DNA of 64,000 nt from Octopus sinensis (lineage: Eukaryota): contig NC_043002.1 of the NCBI RefSeq assembly GCF_006345805.1, positions 94,364,001-94,428,000 on the forward strand. Direction: 5' to 3'. Below are positions 13,922 to 28,189 of this stretch, piece by piece. The position numbers and the translations under genes are program-made. Each line of letters begins with the position of its first letter. Within the stretch, counting starts at the first letter, position 1. The notes under the pieces are model-generated. The model saw only the letters and a program-made list of their open reading frames with translations. It was not told the origin of the DNA and ran no database searches.

Positions 13922-15029
13922 TGTATGTATGTATGTATGTATGTATGTATGTATGTATGTATCTATCTATCTATCTCTCAATTTATCTATCTATATATCT
14001 AACAATACACACACATATACACCCATATAATTTGTTATAATTAAATCCAACCTGAAACGTACGTATTAAATGCTTTCAAAATATTATTACTTGCTTTGAC
14101 TTCATTATTACGGCTCAAAGCCAGCACAGACAATTCTGTCTTGACTTCAATTACTCTAAGAAGATTTTGGAATAATTTGTAGTATTTGGCCTCAATCAAA
14201 AATTCTGCTACCGTCTACTACTTATAAGCAAAACACGAATTTGCTACGCGCACCACACACACACACATGTACACGCACGCACACACACACAAACACGCAC
14301 GCGCACACACACACACACTTCAGCACGTGCTGTTGGCGATTTCTTTTCCTTTCTCGGACTTTTCCATTTCTCCTTTCCCACGAAGGGTTACGCTCGAAAC
14401 ATCAAACTCTGTCTTTTCACCGAGTGTCAAGCAAATACATTTCTCAGCCCGTCTTCTTGTTGTCCGTTAATTTTACTAGTATATCTGAATCGATCGTTTA
14501 TTTTAAATGCCTATACACACACACACGCACACACACACAGACACACACAAACGCACACAGAGACAGACACACAAACACACAGACACACACACACGTATGT
14601 ATGTATGTATGTATGTATGTATGTATGTATGTATGTATGTATGTATGTATGTATGTACGTATGTATGTATGTATCAGCCATGCAACAACACACATGCTTT
14701 TCTCGGACTATTCTTTTTCTTCTTCCCGGACCGGGTCTCTTTTTCTCTTTCTAACAAAAATCGTTGCTCGAAACGCCACCCACCTTCTTTTTTTCCATCA
14801 AGAATTGAACGTCAAACTAATTCTTTCACTGTGCACCTCCTTTTGACTTTTGTCAAAAGTGTGTCCCTTCTGTTGCAAAGAAGTAAGGTGTGGTTTGATG
14901 GAGATTATTTTTCCTTGCCGGACCAGCTTATATTATTTGCGTATAATATACATACATGCAAATGAATGCGTTGGGGCACACACACACACACATTTGTACG
15001 CTGTCTGATCAATAAATATCCAGAATGTT

Positions 15030-16612
15030 GCCATAGTAAGGAGGCTCAAGCACACACAGTAATGCCACCCGTTATCTCCCCTGAATCAAAAGAGAAAACA
15101 ATCTTATATACCCGAAGAAGCCTAACTAGCAAAACACTTCTTTATGGCTGTTTAATGCGCCATATTTCTAATAGTCCTTAAGAATTTTGGCTTTCTCCGC
15201 AATGCAGATCTTGCAACGGCCACTTCCATTAATACACGGGCCCTGATGATCAATTAATTTCCACCTGATGTCACACGGGGTCCCTTGATCTTTGAAGTGC
15301 CATACATAGCAAGCCAGGGACGTGACAAACTGTCTTTCTAGAACTCTGAAGAATGGCTGGGGGTTAAGAAAACGTCGCTTGAACGAAGTACTCGCAGAAC
15401 CAATATATTTACATACATGTGATATGGTCCTATTCGTACCCCTGGTAACATATTCCGCAGGCTGGTCATCCCATCGATGTCGAAGGTAAATATTTGGTCA
15501 TCTGAGATGGCAGAACAAGGAACGGCGGATACCTCCTCCAAATCGCTGGTCTTGGATAGGTCATTGTTTCTAGGTGCGGCGTTTGTATTGGTGGTAACAT
15601 ACATTGCAGGCCTGGTCACTCTTTCTGTATCTATAGTTTGTCCATTATCCGTGGCAGTGGTACCGGGGTCTTCGGTGATGCTCTCTGCGATGCTGGTCCC
15701 GGACTGGTTGTTATCTCTAGGCGTGGCAATTGTATTGGCGTGAAACTGGTTAATCTGCAAATAATATTGCTGTTTGATGGTACGTTACTGTTATAGCAGC
15801 TATTACTATAGCCCCATAGACGACCTATTCAGTTTCGTATCGGCCTCCTACTGGACAGTTATTATATACCATGTAAGAGCAACCTCCTCCTCTATTGTAT
15901 TGTGGGTACTTGTTAAAATGTTTTTCTTATGTTAGGCGCACAACTAAAGGAGACTCTTAGGTTGTGTCTGTTAAATATATGCCTGCATCTATGTGTGTGA
16001 AATGTTTGTCTATCAATCTAAAGAAATTCTTTCCCACACAAGTCATGACGTTGAGTGTGAAGGGTAGAGTAAACCAAACAACATTTCTGCGGCGCTTCCT
16101 ATCCCTGGTGCTTAGGCCAGACATGTAGGAGATGCGGTCCTTAAACCTACTCGATGCCAGTGCCTCATTGTAGTAGGGGCAGCGGCGTCGAAGATATCTT
16201 GGCTCGAGAATAGATTCGAAATCCTCTTGCTTACTTATTTTGCTAGGTTCTTGAAAACTATAGCGGGTGACAGGAGACTACTAATATAAGACAGTCTCTC
16301 GTTTGGCTTGTGATAGTGTCTGTATGTACCAGAGTCCAGATCTAAAGTAATATCTAAGTAATTTCTACTGTGGTGAAATTAGTCTCACTGGTGATCTCGA
16401 GAGCCATTGAGCCTAAGGTGCTAATTAGATCCTTTCTAATTCTATCTAACGTGTGGCCGTTAGCTCCTCTCGAGATGGCTAGGGCGTCATCTCTGTAGAG
16501 GCCGAAGAGGACCGAAGGGAACCTCTTCCCTAAGATGTCCAGGATTTACAGTCCGATAAGATCACAGACAAGTTTTTCATTGTATAATTTGCCTAATAGT
16601 GGTTTTATCTCT
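15030..16612 (-). mobile_element. Penelope-like element remnant (RT + GIY-YIG), 5'-truncated
   Basis: Minus-strand GLYRDDALA (16487-16498), VFKNLAK..SKRISNL, RRRNVVWFTLPF..GKNFFRLIDKHF, CPVGGR..VVYGA, KYIGSASTSFKRRF, LACYVWHFKD..CKICIAEK; stops and frameshifts present. Confidence 0.9.
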
Positions 16613-16645
16613 AATTTAATATAATCTATATATATATATATATAT

Positions 16646-16701
<56 letters not shown>

Positions 16702-16802
16702 GGGCACAGAAAGTGTGTCAATAGCCAGCTGGAGAAGGTGTCCTCCTGGGGCTACAAGCTACAGTAGCAGCCACCCTTAGAGGTTAGTCACATTTAAGTG
16801 GA

Positions 16803-16868
<66 letters not shown>

Positions 16869-17128
16869 TATTCAAACACATTCATTTGCACGTATGTATA
16901 TTATACGCAAATAATATAAACTGATCCAGCTAGGAAAAGAAATCTTCAAACCACATCTTAGTTCTTTGCAACAGAAAGGGCACACTGGCTTCTTTGATTT
17001 TCTTGCATTATAACAAGAAACTCCTGATGGTCTCAACTGGAATGATGTTGATCATAAGTCTGCTCTGTCAGGGATGGAATGGTGCTAAATTACTCCTCCT
17101 CCTCCTCCTCCTCCTCCTCCTCCCTGTC

Positions 17129-17192
<64 letters not shown>

Positions 17193-17905
17193 AAAAATAC
17201 AAAATTATATATATATGTACGCATTATATACCAGCGTAAACACCTAATCGCACTCACACACACATATACATAGAAGTGTGTGTGTGTGTGTGAATGCATA
17301 TAAAGAAAATTCAAACATATCATATACATCTGTTAGTATTGATCCACTGTCTAGTGCATTAGTTCCCTCCTCACGTGTCACTGTACGCAGTATATGTGTG
17401 CGCATGTTTATACGAGGATATATGCGTGTATACACAGACACACGCGCGTACACACACACACATACACACATATATTTAAATATTGCTATTGTATATGAAT
17501 GAATGCATTTTCAGCACATACCGTGAAAACACACACACACATACACATACATACACATACGCACACACACGCACACACACACACACGAACACACTCATAC
17601 TTACAAACAATCACACATTCTTGTCTACGAAGTGTTACCATTCGAATATAATTTTATGTTATAGAATATTTAATTAGTAGATTTGTTTCAAATGTTACAG
17701 CAAAAATCGGTTCGAAAGCAAAGTTTTGATTGTTCCATTTCAGTTTGAATAGTTATCCAAAAATGAACTCTCCTATGATTTTTGGTTCCATTGATCTTTT
17801 TTAATCAATATATTGAACTGTTTCATTCTGACGCACAATAAACCTTGCATTTGGATTTTCATGCAATCATACTTCTTTATGGTTATAACAAAATATCTCT
17901 GTAAG

Positions 17906-17998
17906 ACCTGAATTTCCAATAGATCGGTTACTACTGGAAATATTCAACCAAGCAGCAGTTGACTGTTTGCTATTTCACTGGAAATGGGCTTTTCAAAA
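17906..17998 (+). CDS. Candidate exon (phase 2-2)
   Basis: TCTCTGTAAG acceptor, GTATGT donor, 93 nt open: PEFPIDRLLLEIFNQAAVDCLLFHWKWAFQ. In phase with the 11453 and 22641 exons. Confidence 0.55.
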
Positions 17999-18251
17999 GT
18001 ATGTATGTATGTATGTATGTATGTATGTATGTATGTATGTATGTATGTATGTATGTATGTATGCATGCATGCATGTATGTATGTATGTATATGTATGTGT
18101 ATGTATGTATGTATGTATGTATGTATGTATGTATGCATGCATGCATGCATGTATGTATGTATGTATGTATATATGTACGTATGTATGTATGTATATATGT
18201 ATGTATGTATGTATGTATGCATTCCTGCAAGCATGCTTGTATGCTTATTTG

Positions 18252-18307
<56 letters not shown>

Positions 18308-18423
18308 CATTAGTGCATGTATATGTATATATATGCATGTGTGTCTCTAAGTGTTCTTTGTGAATATGCGTGTATATATAAACATAAATATATATGCTCC
18401 TACACACATACATATATTTTTCA

Positions 18424-18482
<59 letters not shown>

Positions 18483-18498
18483 TAGATAGCTAGCTAGC

Positions 18499-18593
<95 letters not shown>

Positions 18594-19699
18594 CAGCTAG
18601 ATAACTAACTAGATAGCTACACAGATAAATATGTATATGAAGCAATGAATCGAATATTAATCCCGCAGTCACCCGCGAACTATTTTCTTCTGAATTAGCG
18701 TCTATTGTAAACCTGCCTTTTGACCTTTCTCATAACTTTCGTTCGTTCGCATGAAAAACTATTGAAATACGCAACTGTACGTTGCATCACCAAGATACAT
18801 GTCTTCCGACTTGTAATTTGCTTTTTTATTTACTCCACTCACAACACTTAGGGTATTTTTTGAAAGAAAATCCAGATTTTATATTCTGTAACTTTTCGTT
18901 ATTAGTTCAGGTCTAAAAAAGAACCCTGATTTACACGTATTGTTCTTTCAGTTTAGTCTCAATTGCTGGTAACCTGTGGGTTGCACGTAAAGATTTTATT
19001 AGAATGAGGAATATAGCCTTGTAACACTCATTGAGTGCATATTAGTTGTGTGGTTAAGAAGTTCACCTACACAACTATATGTTGTTTTGTTTTAATCCAA
19101 CAGCATTGCTCTTTGAGTGTCTTCTGCAATAACCTAAAGTCGACCAAATCTTTATAAGTGAAAATTGGTAAACGGAAGCTATGTTGAAACTCTTCAGAAA
19201 GACTGTTCCTATTCATGGGTTGCAAATTTAATTTGTATCCCAGTCACCCCGACCATCTGGCTTCTTCAATTCCCTTAACAAGATCCTCTTTGTTTTAATA
19301 ATTCGGACCAAGTCTCAGGTTTGAGGAAAAATTCTCCCCTTCTTGACAACAGCCACAGAAGACATGGGAATAATTATGGTTGCTCTCCTTCCACCTCGGG
19401 AAAGTTAAACTGGCATATTAACTAACGTTTTAAGTTGAAAGATCAGGCGTTCAGATTTAATGAAGTACCAGCTCCATATGGAATAATTAATGCATACAAT
19501 CAATTGGCAAAATGGTTAGAGTGTGGCCGAAAAAAACATCTGGTATTTGTTTTGATATTCGGTGTTCAAATTCCGCCGAGGTCAACTTTGCTTTTTCAGG
19601 GTCGATAAGGCAAAGTTCTCATGCAGGGAAATGGATTGGTGAAATCGAAGGACGTTGAACCTGATACCTTGAGCTCAGTTCCCTCTGTGGCCTAACTAG

Positions 19700-20225
19700 G
19701 TAGTAGATGTAATCCTTCGTCCGGTTTCATACCATCACCAGACATCTTGGGTGCCTGGGTTGCTGATATCAGTGACGAATATCTAGATGACTTTTAGGAA
19801 TTATGTGGCTGATAGATCTGTATGCATCTTATTCAGTTTAGCTTTATAAGCTGTAAGGTTTTGAATATTTTGTCCATTTTCTAGTTTATGGGGATTTGGA
19901 AGTGTTTAGTGAAGTGGAAGATATTTGATGGGTAAAATAATATTTGTAAACATAAAGTATTTAGGGTTATGTTAACAACTTTGTTAGGTTTTTAGGAGTT
20001 TTGTATGGCCCCAATACTTTTCTTGTGTTGTTTTATGGTATATGGCTTCCGCTATTCTTTGGTCTATTTTCTTTGTTATTTCCTAATATAGTTGCCTGGT
20101 GTTGTGTTTGATTTCTATTGTATGCGAGATATTCTGTGAGGCGGCTGTATCATTGATATTCGTATTATTGAAAATGTGAATAATGTGCTGTGTTTAAGGT
20201 TGTCTTTGGCTTTAGGTCATCTATT
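19700..20225 (-). mobile_element. Penelope-like 3' fragment
   Basis: Minus-strand QRKIDQRIAEAI (GIY-YIG C-terminal-like) and PLE-like composition. Confidence 0.45.
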
Positions 20226-20975
20226 ACAGATGCCTTTCATCCTTCCGAGATCGATAAAATAAGTACCAATCACATACATGGTCGATAAAATTGATTATAG
20301 ACTTCATTTCCCAAATCTATGGCTTAGTGTGTAGTTTTGAAAATATTCTTTAATTGTAGTAATAGATAATAGTAAAACAATTCCTTTGCAATTCTCATAA
20401 ATGTTTTCATAAATCGTGAAATTGAAGTAATTTTAAACAATTATAGATCCCCAAGAAATGAACAATAAAAAAAATGTCCTTCTTACAGCTTATATTACAG
20501 ACACTATTAATGATCAATTTGTCGAGAGCTGGACAAGTATCGTAAACCACCAACAAATAATTTAAAAAAAAAAGAAAGTATAAAAAATTTAGTTTTAAAA
20601 CATATTATTTTCATGCTGATTTAATGTAACATGATGACATACTGAATATTAATTAACGTGTCAAAAGGGTTAAAATTCCTTTTATGAATATGATGCTGTT
20701 CGGATTAGATATGGACATGCTTACATCAATCAGTATTCTCATCTCTCAGACTAAGAAATACATTTCTAAAATATTTAATGGCCTCACGGGACATACAATT
20801 AGTTGCTCTTAAATTTTATGAAAAAAATCAATTCATTATCTCCAAAAACAGTTCGGTGAATTTTATTTTCCAATGCGATTTATGACTTTTAAAATGCTAT
20901 TTATGTAACTGTTCTTATATATCTATGTGTGTGCGTGTGTATGAGCGTATACATGCAAGCATACGTACATATATA

Positions 20976-21389
20976 TTCTTTTATCCTTTTACTTATTTCA
21001 CTCATTTGACTGCGGCCATGCTGGAGCACCACATTTTAGTCGAAGAAATCGATCTCAGGACTTATTCTTCGTAAGCCTGGTACTTATTCAATGGGTCTCT
21101 TTTGCCGAACCGCTAAGTTATGGAGATGTAAACACACCAACATCGGTTGTCAAGGGATGGATGGTAGGGACACAAAGACACACACACACACACACATACA
21201 CATACGCATACTCAGAGACATATATACTACGGGCTTCTTTCAGCTTCCATCTACCAAATCCACTCACAAGGCTTTGGTCGGCCAGAGGCTATAGTAGAAG
21301 ACACTTGCCCAAGGTGCCACGAAGTGGGAGTGGATCCGGAAGCATGCGGTTAGGAAGCAAGCTTCGTAACACAGCCATGCCTGCGCCTA
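20976..21389 (-). mobile_element. SINE family A full-length
   Basis: Head with CCTTGGGCAAGTGTCTTCT (CORE/MIR-like), internal microsatellite, tail CCAGCATGGCCGCAGTCAAATGA. Confidence 0.9.
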
Positions 21390-21470
21390 GTACACATACA
21401 CACACACACACACACACACATATATACTATATATATATATATATAACATAAATGTTATATATATATATAT

Positions 21471-21704
21471 AAGGCGGCGAGCTGGCAGAAACGTTAGCGC
21501 ACCGGGCGAAACGCTTAGCGGTATTTCGTCTGTCTTTACGTTCTGAGTTCAAATTACGCCGAGGTCGACTTTGCCTTTCATACCTTTCGGGGTCGATAAA
21601 TAAAGTACCAGTTGCGTACTGGGGTCGATATAATCGACTTAATCCCTTTGTCTGTCTTTGTTTGTCCCCTTTACGTTTAGCCCTTTGTGGGTAGTAAAGA
21701 AATA
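21471..21704 (+). mobile_element. SINE family D (Meta/MESC-like central domain)
   Basis: GGCGGCGAGCTGGCAGAA head; GAGGTCGACTTTGCCTTTCATACCTTTCGGGGTCGATAAA core; flanked by duplicated TATAACATAAATG. Domain name recalled, unverified. Confidence 0.88.
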
Positions 21705-22640
21705 TATATATATAACATAAATGCGAAAGAAGAAGCACACTCTAAGATGTAAAGCAATATGTATTAAAAGTGACGAAGATTGGTTTATGGGATCATCTTA
21801 GGTTTCCCGTATAGATACAGCTGACTGACAGGAGGTAGGCGCGGTATCTAAAAACCTTATGTGTGTGTGTGTGTATGTATGCATGTATGTATGTATGTAT
21901 GTATGTATGTATGTATGTATGTATGTATGTATGTATGTGTATGCATGCATGTATGTGTATGTATGTATGTATGTATGTATGCATGTATGCATGTATGTGT
22001 GTATGCATGTATGTGTGTATGTATGTATGTATGTATGTACGTACGTATCTATGTATGTATGTGTGTATGTATGTATGTATGCATGCATGCATGTATGTAT
22101 GTATGTATGCAGCATGCATGTATGTATGCATGTATGTGTGTATGTATGTATGGATGGATCGATGGATGCATGCATGTAAGTATGTATGTATGTATGTATG
22201 TATGTATGTATGTATGTATGTATGTGTGTGTGTATCTATGTATCTATGTATGGATGAATGCATGTAAGTATGTATGTATATATATATATGTATATCTCTT
22301 CTATCATTTAATTATTATAAATCTTCCACTGAGGAGAGAGCCGGTTTCCAACAAAGATACAAGGCTCCATCTTTGGGATGTAGTTAACATTGACAAATTC
22401 ACATTTGGAACTTGAGAAAAGTCATGCATATTTTTACTACACCACTCACTTGTAATGTACGAATTAGCCGGTCTATTTCTCTTTCTGAAAATCCCAGTTT
22501 ATCCAGATTCGCCTTGAAGCATTTATTAACTAAACATAGTGATCCAATTCTTATTGGTATATGAATTCATAATCTAGATATAGAAGCTGGAGGTTTCCAA
22601 GCAGTTGTCCATAGATATCCTTTTTTTCTTTGATTTTCAG

Positions 22641-22750
22641 AGAGATATTTATATCCGCAGGGCAGCTGACCTCTATGATGATACATACCTTTGCGCCTCC
22701 GTTCCAAACAGCAATATCTGGCCTGTTATGTTTACATTTGACAGAAGTGT
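22641..22750 (+). CDS. Candidate exon
   Basis: Strong acceptor TTTTTTTCTTTGATTTTCAG and GTATGT donor. Two frames are open ([35 protein letters not shown] or [18 protein letters not shown]...). Confidence 0.55.
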
Positions 22751-22807
22751 GTATGTACGTACGTACATATGTATGTATGTATGTATGTATATATGTATGT
22801 ATGTATG

Positions 22808-22838
<31 letters not shown>

Positions 22839-22883
22839 ATATGTATGTATGTATGTATGTAGGTATGTATGTATGTATGTATG

Positions 22884-22914
<31 letters not shown>

Positions 22915-23045
22915 TATGTTTATATGTATATATATATATTAATATATATTATGTATATATGTATATATGTAATATATGCGTATTATACATGAAATAAGTA
23001 AATTATTTATTATACACTTTATTGTTTTGTTATGTGCCTGAATTC

Positions 23046-23108
23046 CTGGTCCGCGGAAAAATTTTCTTGTATGAAGCCGGTCATGGGGAAAAAGGTTGGA
23101 GGCCGATG
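23046..23108 (+). mobile_element. hAT-Charlie (MER1-like) terminus
   Basis: GTCCGCGGAAAAATTTTCTTGTATGAAGCCGGTC...AAAAAGGTTGGAGGCCGATG resembles the recalled MER1/Charlie right end. Confidence 0.6.
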
Positions 23109-24014
23109 CTGTAAAGAGTAATGAGCACTGCCTAACCTCATGCAGAAAAGATGCAAAAAGTGCAATGGTATTGCGCTCACAGACATCCCGAAGTTAGCGA
23201 ACCACTGGTGAGTGAGATTGGATCCCAAGTACGTCTGGCTTTATGGAAGTCATAGTGCCTCGGTGGTCCCCGAGGAAGGACAAAAAGAAGGAAAAGAAGA
23301 GATAGCGAGAGGCTAAGAGACAGAAACAAACACACAGACTTAAAGTTGGAGAAGATGAATGTTAACAATTGTTTCTATCACCCTTGAGTTATATCTAGTG
23401 ATTGCAGTAAGTCAGTAGTCGCTAGGATCTGAGAAGTTGCACTTCTTTTTAGGATGGGACACACCGTTGTATGTTTCTAAAGATGACAATTCTTTGTCAT
23501 TCCGTTTTCAAATAACATAATGGAAGTAAAATGACTACAACTGGGGATCGAAACTGAGTTGAAAATTTAATTAACCAAAAATTTATCTTTAACCTATTAG
23601 CTGTTTCATGATGCCTAAGCTTTCTTTTGGGAAAATAATTGAATACTATTCAAAACTTAGATAACTTAAATTAGAATTTCGTTCAATATGGCCGTAAGTC
23701 AATATGAAATCAGTCATAGTAATAGAAGTGGTAGTGGTGGTGGTGTTTGTAATAGTAGTAGTAGTGAATTTTGAATAACGCATCCATAATCATTTGAATA
23801 AGTATTAATTCAAGCAAATAACAATATTGCGCAGACATATATTTTTAGAACCACGAATATCCTAAGGAAGTATCTTTCTATTTTAAGTATACAAAAAGAA
23901 TGGAATGAAATATTTTCATTTTGCTTACAAAAGTTAAGCTTTACAATATGGAGGCATACATTATTATTTTTATTATAAAAATTATTATTAATGTTATTAT
24001 TATTATTTTTAATA

Positions 24015-24067
<53 letters not shown>

Positions 24068-25239
24068 TATTGTTGTTGTTGTTGTTGTTATTATTATTTC
24101 GGATTTACAATCAGACAGACGTGTTTGAATGTTCCGGTTTTATGTTCGAAAAATTGTATTATTGTCGGAAGTGTAATTTTTTTTTTTATAGTGTTTGAAG
24201 TAGAAAGATTCTCTCCTCCTTTCTAAAGAGAGAGACTATTTTTCAACTTTGGTAGTTTTTGCTGAGTAGTAATTTACAAATTTTCATTTGCTTGAAAACA
24301 TGACAACTTCTGCAGTTGTATAGTCTCAGTAGATTATAATAACGGTGCGAGGGTGAAGGAAGTATCCCATCAATGCAAAAGTTTGCAAATTTTGCGAACG
24401 AATTGAGTTGTAACTTCAGAAACACAGTTTTGCATCAAAATAACAATGATGATTACAGCAATTTACAATAAGTAAGGAAATGTGAATAACAATAAAGATA
24501 TTAGAAATAGATAGCTGGTGTAAATACACCTAAATCAGCTCGTAGTGCCCCATATCCAGTGGTTATCTTCTCTTCAGTCACAGAAACCGGGTGGTGTCTA
24601 CATTGAGAAATTTTCTCCATGACAAAACACCCTGAATGGCTTGTTTAGAAGGTCGAACATACCACTCGCATATTCGAACTGATAATAACATTTCATTTAT
24701 ACATATCACTGCTGAGCGCTCCCATCCCGTAATATAATCAAAGTATTCCATAAGGAACCGACTGGAACCCTCTCTCATTGATTGAGGAATTCATCGAAGA
24801 TTGCATGAAGAGAAAATTGACGTCATTCTGTTTCTCCAGAGAAAGGAAAGGACTTCATCTACTTCGAAGGGAAGTCATATAATGGCTTTAGCTGATGTGT
24901 GGTATGAGACCAGCTCAATGGAACATAATAAATCTGGTGATGAGGACGGCCAGAAACGGAGTCAACGATAGTAGTTCTTGTAATCTTTTACGAAGTTATA
25001 CGAGGAGGTTGTAAAGGGGGTAATACTTTAAACTATGTCTATAAGTATAATGTGGTGCTCCAGAATGAGCGCAGTCTAATGGCTGAAACAAGTAAAATAT
25101 AACGTAGTGAATATATTACAATTATTAAAAAATAAAAATTAAATCTCTAATACTCCTCTGTAATTAAAATTTAAAGTTTAATTAAAATTTTAAGTTTAAA
25201 CTATGTAGGGCCTTAGTAGGGGAATTCCGGGAGTTTGAA

Positions 25240-26800
25240 GAGTATAGAACCACATCTTAGCCGCTGTTGTTCCCAGGTCTACTTTGACCGGAGTAGTAGC
25301 ACATGTAGGGTCCCAGCTAGGAGTTAACTAGTATGTGTACCACTCGTTTCAAATGCAGGCTAAGTCTGCGCCGATAATCGGCAGCGACGTGGTCAGCGCA
25401 TCTTCTGTGACGGTCGACAAGATGAACTGCTACGAATGACACTATCCCAAACTGTATGCATATGTGACCGGGGATCACATGTGAACTTGTATTCCCATTG
25501 AAACTCCGAACATGAACTTAAAACCTCAACAACGAATGACGACTACGGTAACGGCGTCAGCACTATTCGAAGCTCTTGCTTTCGCAGTGGAGCATTTGTC
25601 AAATTTGAAAGTTGGATTTTTAGACTGCAGGCAGAAGTATTAACTCGTTTGTTTGAACGCGACGTTGGATGTAGTCAGTATTCGTGAGAGACGTAGCGAG
25701 CACGATGGTCGGATCCGGATCAACCCATTCCAGGTGAGTGCCATGGCAAGCAAGTAGTTGTAAAGAGGCGAATAACTTGCTAGAATGTTATATGAGGAAT
25801 AGGGCTTAACTACTAGTAACTAATAATTCCAATGATACTGGGATCATACGATGTATATCCTAAGGAGGTTTCAGTCTTAAAAATCTGTCAGGTCCAAAAC
25901 AAAAATGTCCAATTACTACCGTTGTGGAAGGAAACATCATATCAGAGTATCTTTTGACAAAAACAAAAAAGGTGTAGGAAGTCGAAAATGTTTATAAAAA
26001 CAACAACAGCAGGTCTCCAGAGAACAAGGACACAGATTAAGGTGACGGCAATACTCCGTTGCTGTTACACCACAACTAGCCTAAACTTCATAGGTAGCGC
26101 CAACAGCCACGAAGACATGAGCCTCAAGTCCCAAAAAATACTCCACCTCCAAAACAAACTGAACCAGATTCCACAGGCGATATTTTCAACCAATAGTCCT
26201 GTTTCCGAAAGGAGAATATGGAACTTGGAACTTGGTTTGGAACTCAATAAAGAAACGATTAAGATGCCAAGAAACGGAGAAGACGTTCAAATCTGAATGC
26301 TATGATGTCGGGTCCCACCATGGAAGGGCTGCTGCCAATAATTGTGTTTCAATGTCACAGTGGATCACAACAAGAATGTAAAGTTGATGGAAGGACTAAG
26401 CGAGCAACATAACAACAAAAGCAACGCAGTTCTGATGGAGTAAAGAAAATAAAAACAAGTTTTAAACTGCCTAATAAATAATAAGCATTCTATTGACGGT
26501 TAATGGTAGTCTTCTCAAATGATGTGGGGTACTGCGTTGCCTCTCTGAGCAATGAACTCTTACAATCTCTCTACGGAAGATTGACGGGAACAAAAGAACT
26601 GTCGATTGAAAAAATGGCAGCACTGACACTGAAATTGAATTTTCGTTCGTGTCTGGGATGCTCAATTCTTGATTTAAATGTAATAGCCATCAGTGAGATT
26701 AGAGTTTCCGACATGAAGTCATTTAGAATTCTCCTGGTTGACTACGAACTGTCTCTTCCAAATCGACTCCCAACAAATTTTTGTGAGTTACTTGAAACAG
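25240..26800 (+). mobile_element. Decayed non-LTR retrotransposon fragments
   Basis: AP-endonuclease-like LDVVSIRE (~25665) and DLNVIAISEIRVS (~26670); knuckle-like YRCGRKHHI (~25915). Confidence 0.5.
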
Positions 26801-27187
26801 AAGTTGAGAATAGCAACGTAAACGTAGAAGAGAGAGAGAGAGGGGGAGGGAGAGAGAGAAGAGAGATTGAGAGAAAAAGGGAAAAGAGAAAAGAGAAAAG
26901 TTACTGCCCTCAAGTTAATTTGATAAAAGGTAGGCTCAAATGAAGAATTTATGTGCATAAGAGGGGCAGTGTTTTAAATTTGGGCTTGGAGTTGCAGTTG
27001 AAACAAGGAAAGGTCTAGACGCGGGAAATTATTAGAGTTTTGGGGACCAGAAATTAAAATTTTGTGAGTGGTACTCGGCAAAATGTACAGAAGATGCATA
27101 GTTTTCAAAATAAGATTGTCTGTAAAACCGAAACCACATTTGGGTTAACAGGCTTATTTAATATCCACAACTGCAACTACTGGGTAC

Positions 27188-27341
27188 CTTAGAACTTGCA
27201 TGTTACGGTTGAACACCGTGTAAACTTCTCCCCCACAGCAATCGTAATATGTGAGCCTATTTTGACGGAGGGATTGGACAAAGAAGTTGCACCGAGTGAT
27301 CTTCGTATTTCTCAGATCTCGCTCCTCTGGTCTTTTTATAC
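27188..27341 (-). CDS. Candidate antisense exon (phase 1-2)
   Basis: Long T tract then CACTTCAG acceptor, AG|GTACC donor, 154 nt open: IKRPEERDLRNTKITRCNFFVQSLRQNRLTYYDCCGGEVYTVFNRNMQVLR. Confidence 0.4.
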
Positions 27342-27668
27342 CTGAAGTGTACGGTTTTTGAGAAAAACAAAAAGCAAAGAAAAAAAAAAAAAACTGTAAC
27401 AATCAAAAGCAGTATTTGAATGAGAATGCTCTAAATACCAAACGAAACTTTCCGTGATATTTGCCGCCCCATCTCATCGCGATATCGGCTGTGATTGGAC
27501 CAGAACGACTTGCGATAACTCAATACTCGAATACTTGCGATAACTCAAAGGATTGTACACATAAAACACAGATATATCGCAATAATCATTTATTATAATA
27601 ATTTAAAGTGTGTACACATTCTTTTGGGACTGACACGCGCACACACACACACACACATATACGTACAT

Positions 27669-27704
<36 letters not shown>

Positions 27705-28189
27705 AGAGTTTATGAAAAAAACAAAAGACGAAGACAGGTGGTGTACAAAACAAACAGATGTATTAGTGTGTGTGTATATATATATGTATATATATATGTA
27801 TATATATATATATATATATAAATATATACATATTTGTATATATATTTGTATATATGCATATCTATGTGTGCATATACATACATACAAACACACACTCACA
27901 CACACATATAATATGGTGCACTTTATTTGTTTATTTGATATTTTTTATCTATGTTAACAAAATAAGTTAATTAGTATATTTAATTATGATATAATTAATC
28001 GACTAATATGGTAGAATGTCGTACGGTGCACTTTCTGGTATTAGTTACGTCACTCCAGGTCATGGTTCAAATTCTGCTGGTGTCAATAGAGTTTCAGTCA
28101 AATACTAGGGTCGATTCAATTGAGTCGACTACACCTATTCCCCCAAATGTGTGATCAGTAGCAAACATTAAAAAATCAATATCATCATT

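Noticed and set aside
14373-14425. Hammerhead-like motif (also ~14752-14780)
   Set aside because: Core CTGA is mutated to CCCA and there is no stem I; a decayed Penelope-type terminus.
23140-23206. Exon ending at strong CTG|GTGAGT donor
   Set aside because: Most joins to neighbouring candidate exons create stop codons, and it abuts a hAT remnant.
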